Part shown: in pieces, positions 35,982 through 37,665 of the stretch
Layout of the letters: each line of letters starts with the position of its first letter
How positions within the stretch are numbered: the first letter of the stretch is position 1
IMG/VR virus record: IMGVR_UViG_3300034375_010233
Coordinates: 1-37,665 of that record
Strand: one strand, 5' to 3'
Source of the DNA: a virus
Taxonomy: Duplodnaviria; Caudoviricetes
Length of the DNA stretch: 37,665 bases
Made by a program: the position numbers and the translations under genes
Notes under the pieces: generated by a model
Told to the model about the DNA's origin: nothing
Databases searched by the model: none
Seen by the model: only the letters and a program-made list of their open reading frames with translations

Positions 35982-36178
35982 CTAAGCGATTGAAAAACAT
36001 AGGCAAAATGCCCACCGTCACACTGATTGGAAATCAGTCGTGTTCGACAGTTTTTGTCTGGTCCCCGCGCATCGCTCGATCGGCCTCGACCCCCCGGGGG
36101 GCCTGCGCGCGCGGTTTCTCTATCCCCGTCATTCCGACCCCATTCTGCCTTTTGGCCATGCAGGAGGGTTCAGAATGA
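35978..36178 (+). CDS. Possible 66-aa ORF coupling terS to terL
   Basis: ATGA overlaps at both ends, but the sequence looks dominated by DNA sites. Confidence 0.3.
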   Translation: MTKRLKNIGKMPTVTLIGNQSCSTVFVWSPRIARSASTPRGACARGFSIPVIPTPFCLLAMQEGSE

Positions 36179-37665
36179 TCGCGAAATTTGGAGATGACCA
36201 ATGGGGTGGGGGGGTAGTGCTCTCTCCAGCCCATGAAGGGTCAGGGGGGAAAGGACCTCAATCGGGCGCAAAGCGTGAACTTACAGATGAAGAATTTGCT
36301 GCCCTGACAGGGCAAGCGGCGAAAGAGGCAATTGACAGCCTAGAGGGCGATTTCGCCACTGGCAACCTGCCAGATGTCGACGCGGTTACTTTTCCGGGGC
36401 CTATAGCCGAAGCCTTTTATTGGTCCAACGCTGACGTCTGCGGCATCCAGGGGCCTGTCGGATCTGGTAAGACCACGACACTGATGAAATCGCGGCTGCG
36501 TCGGGCAATCGAGATGCCACGTTCCTCCGTCGATGGTGTGCGACGCTACAAGGTGCTGTTCATCCGCGAAACCTACCGTCAACTGTGGTCGACCTCGATC
36601 CCGTCGTATCTTGAGACCTTCCCCAAAGAGATGGGCAAATGGTCTGGCGGCCGCGGGGATCCCGTGACGCACATCATCCACTTCGAAGACGACCACGGAC
36701 CGATCGAGTTCGTCGCTGAGTTCATGGCGTTTGGTGATGACATCGTAGCATCGATGCGCGGCGTTCAGACCACGGACATCGTGTTGAACGAAAGCGATAC
36801 GATGCCGGTCGAAATCCTGACGGTGGGCATCGGGCGGATCGATCGCTGGCCTGCGCGCCAGCATTTTGAAGGTCTGCCCGTCCATCTGCGCGGGTATGGC
36901 CAGATTGTCGGCGACTTCAACGCCCCCGACGAAGACAACTGGACGTTCGAGGTTTTCCACGACGAAGAAAAACGCAAGCTGCTGCTGGATGCGCTCGCCA
37001 GCGATCTGCCCGAGGGCGCAAAGCAGATCCAGATCCTGTTCTTCAACCAGCCCGGCTACGGTCAGGACGGCTGCGAGAACATGCAGAACCTGTCACCAAC
37101 CTACTACCAGCGGCAGATCGCGACCCAGCGGCTTGCCGGGCGCGGCGATATGGTCGATCGGCTGGTTTACAACAAGGTCACCTATCTGCGCGTCGGCGAT
37201 CCGGTCTGGAAGCGTGAGTTCAATCAGCGCGTCCATGTCAGCGATACGCCGCTGCCGCTAATCCATGGTTTGCCACTGCGTATCGGCCTCGATCAGGGCT
37301 TTAAGGGGGCGGCCGTCATCGCGCAGTGCGACGAAGCGTTTCGCTGGCGCATCTATGCCGAAATGCACTTTCCCGAAGAACGTCTGATGGCGGCCGTGTT
37401 CGGGGGCCGGCTGGCAGATCTATTGGAAGGCACCCGGTTCAATGGTTACCGCGTCGAAGCGGGCTGGGGCGACATGGCCGGTGAGCACGGCGCGTCCCAG
37501 GCGGCGGATGAAAACGCGACCTGGAACCTCATGGTCGGCAAAGCGGCGGGTTTTTTCATTCGGCCCCAGCGGATCGGGACCAACCGCATCCAGCCTCGTC
37601 TGGAAGCTGTGCGCGCCTCTTTGGAAGCACCACTAACTCGAGGCGAACCCGGTCTGCTGATCGAC
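36175..37665 (+). CDS. terL: Terminase large subunit, N-terminal part (continues across the junction to 427; about 596 aa in total)
   Basis: Missing from the ORF track because it runs off the end. GGAGG RBS precedes ATG 36175. Walker A GPVGSGKTT at ~36451-36477, Walker B-like IVLNESD, GDFNAP coupling motif, nuclease IGLDQG. The frame joins ORF 71..427. Confidence 0.92.
   Translation, partial: MIAKFGDDQWGGGVVLSPAHEGSGGKGPQSGAKRELTDEEFAALTGQAAKEAIDSLEGDFATGNLPDVDAVTFPGPIAEAFYWSNADVCGIQGPVGSGKTTTLMKSRLRRAIEMPRSSVDGVRRYKVLFIRETYRQLWSTSIPSYLETFPKEMGKWSGGRGDPVTHIIHFEDDHGPIEFVAEFMAFGDDIVASMRGVQTTDIVLNESDTMPVEILTVGIGRIDRWPARQHFEGLPVHLRGYGQIVGDFNAPDEDNWTFEVFHDEEKRKLLLDALASDLPEGAKQIQILFFNQPGYGQDGCENMQNLSPTYYQRQIATQRLAGRGDMVDRLVYNKVTYLRVGDPVWKREFNQRVHVSDTPLPLIHGLPLRIGLDQGFKGAAVIAQCDEAFRWRIYAEMHFPEERLMAAVFGGRLADLLEGTRFNGYRVEAGWGDMAGEHGASQAADENATWNLMVGKAAGFFIRPQRIGTNRIQPRLEAVRASLEAPLTRGEPGLLID
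37539..37665. repeat. Terminal direct repeat, copy 2 (circular assembly overlap)
   Basis: Identical to 1-127. Confidence 0.95.

Noticed and set aside
36022-36038. tRNA-Ser(GGA) gene
   Set aside because: Only an anticodon-arm-shaped hairpin, with no D-arm, T-arm or acceptor stem. Treated as an att-like core instead.

Overview
This window is a complete, circularly closed genome of a temperate short-tailed (podovirus-type) dsDNA phage. Bases 1-127 repeat at 37539-37665, giving a 37,538 bp unit genome, and the terminase large subunit reads through the junction. The host is probably an alphaproteobacterium such as a Rhodobacteraceae member (inferred from GC-rich codon usage, a GcrA-like HTH protein and the tRNA-Thr fragment). 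The late arm on the + strand runs: terS, terL, a DUF2829/Tad2-like anti-defence protein, GNAT, portal, scaffold, an AT-richer moron, major capsid, tail tubular A/B, four ejection proteins, tail adaptor, SGNH-esterase tailspike, and a lysis cassette. One ejection protein carries muramidase and DdrB-like ParB domains. Next come attP (3' half of tRNA-Thr(TGT)), a leftward xis/int operon, a cI/cro switch with matching TGCA-N5 operators, primase, helicase and an iteron origin. The most unusual signal is a second att-like site between terS and terL (core palindrome, arm-like repeats, IHF-like boxes) in direct orientation to attP. The two sites bracket an ~11.6 kb int-immunity-replication-terS block with satellite-like gene content. 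Other candidates are a two-domain nucleotide-sponge protein, RTX-like repeats in the scaffold, structured RNA leaders and an unannotated 20-aa membrane peptide in the lysis cassette. All family calls come from motif recognition by eye; no database searches were run.
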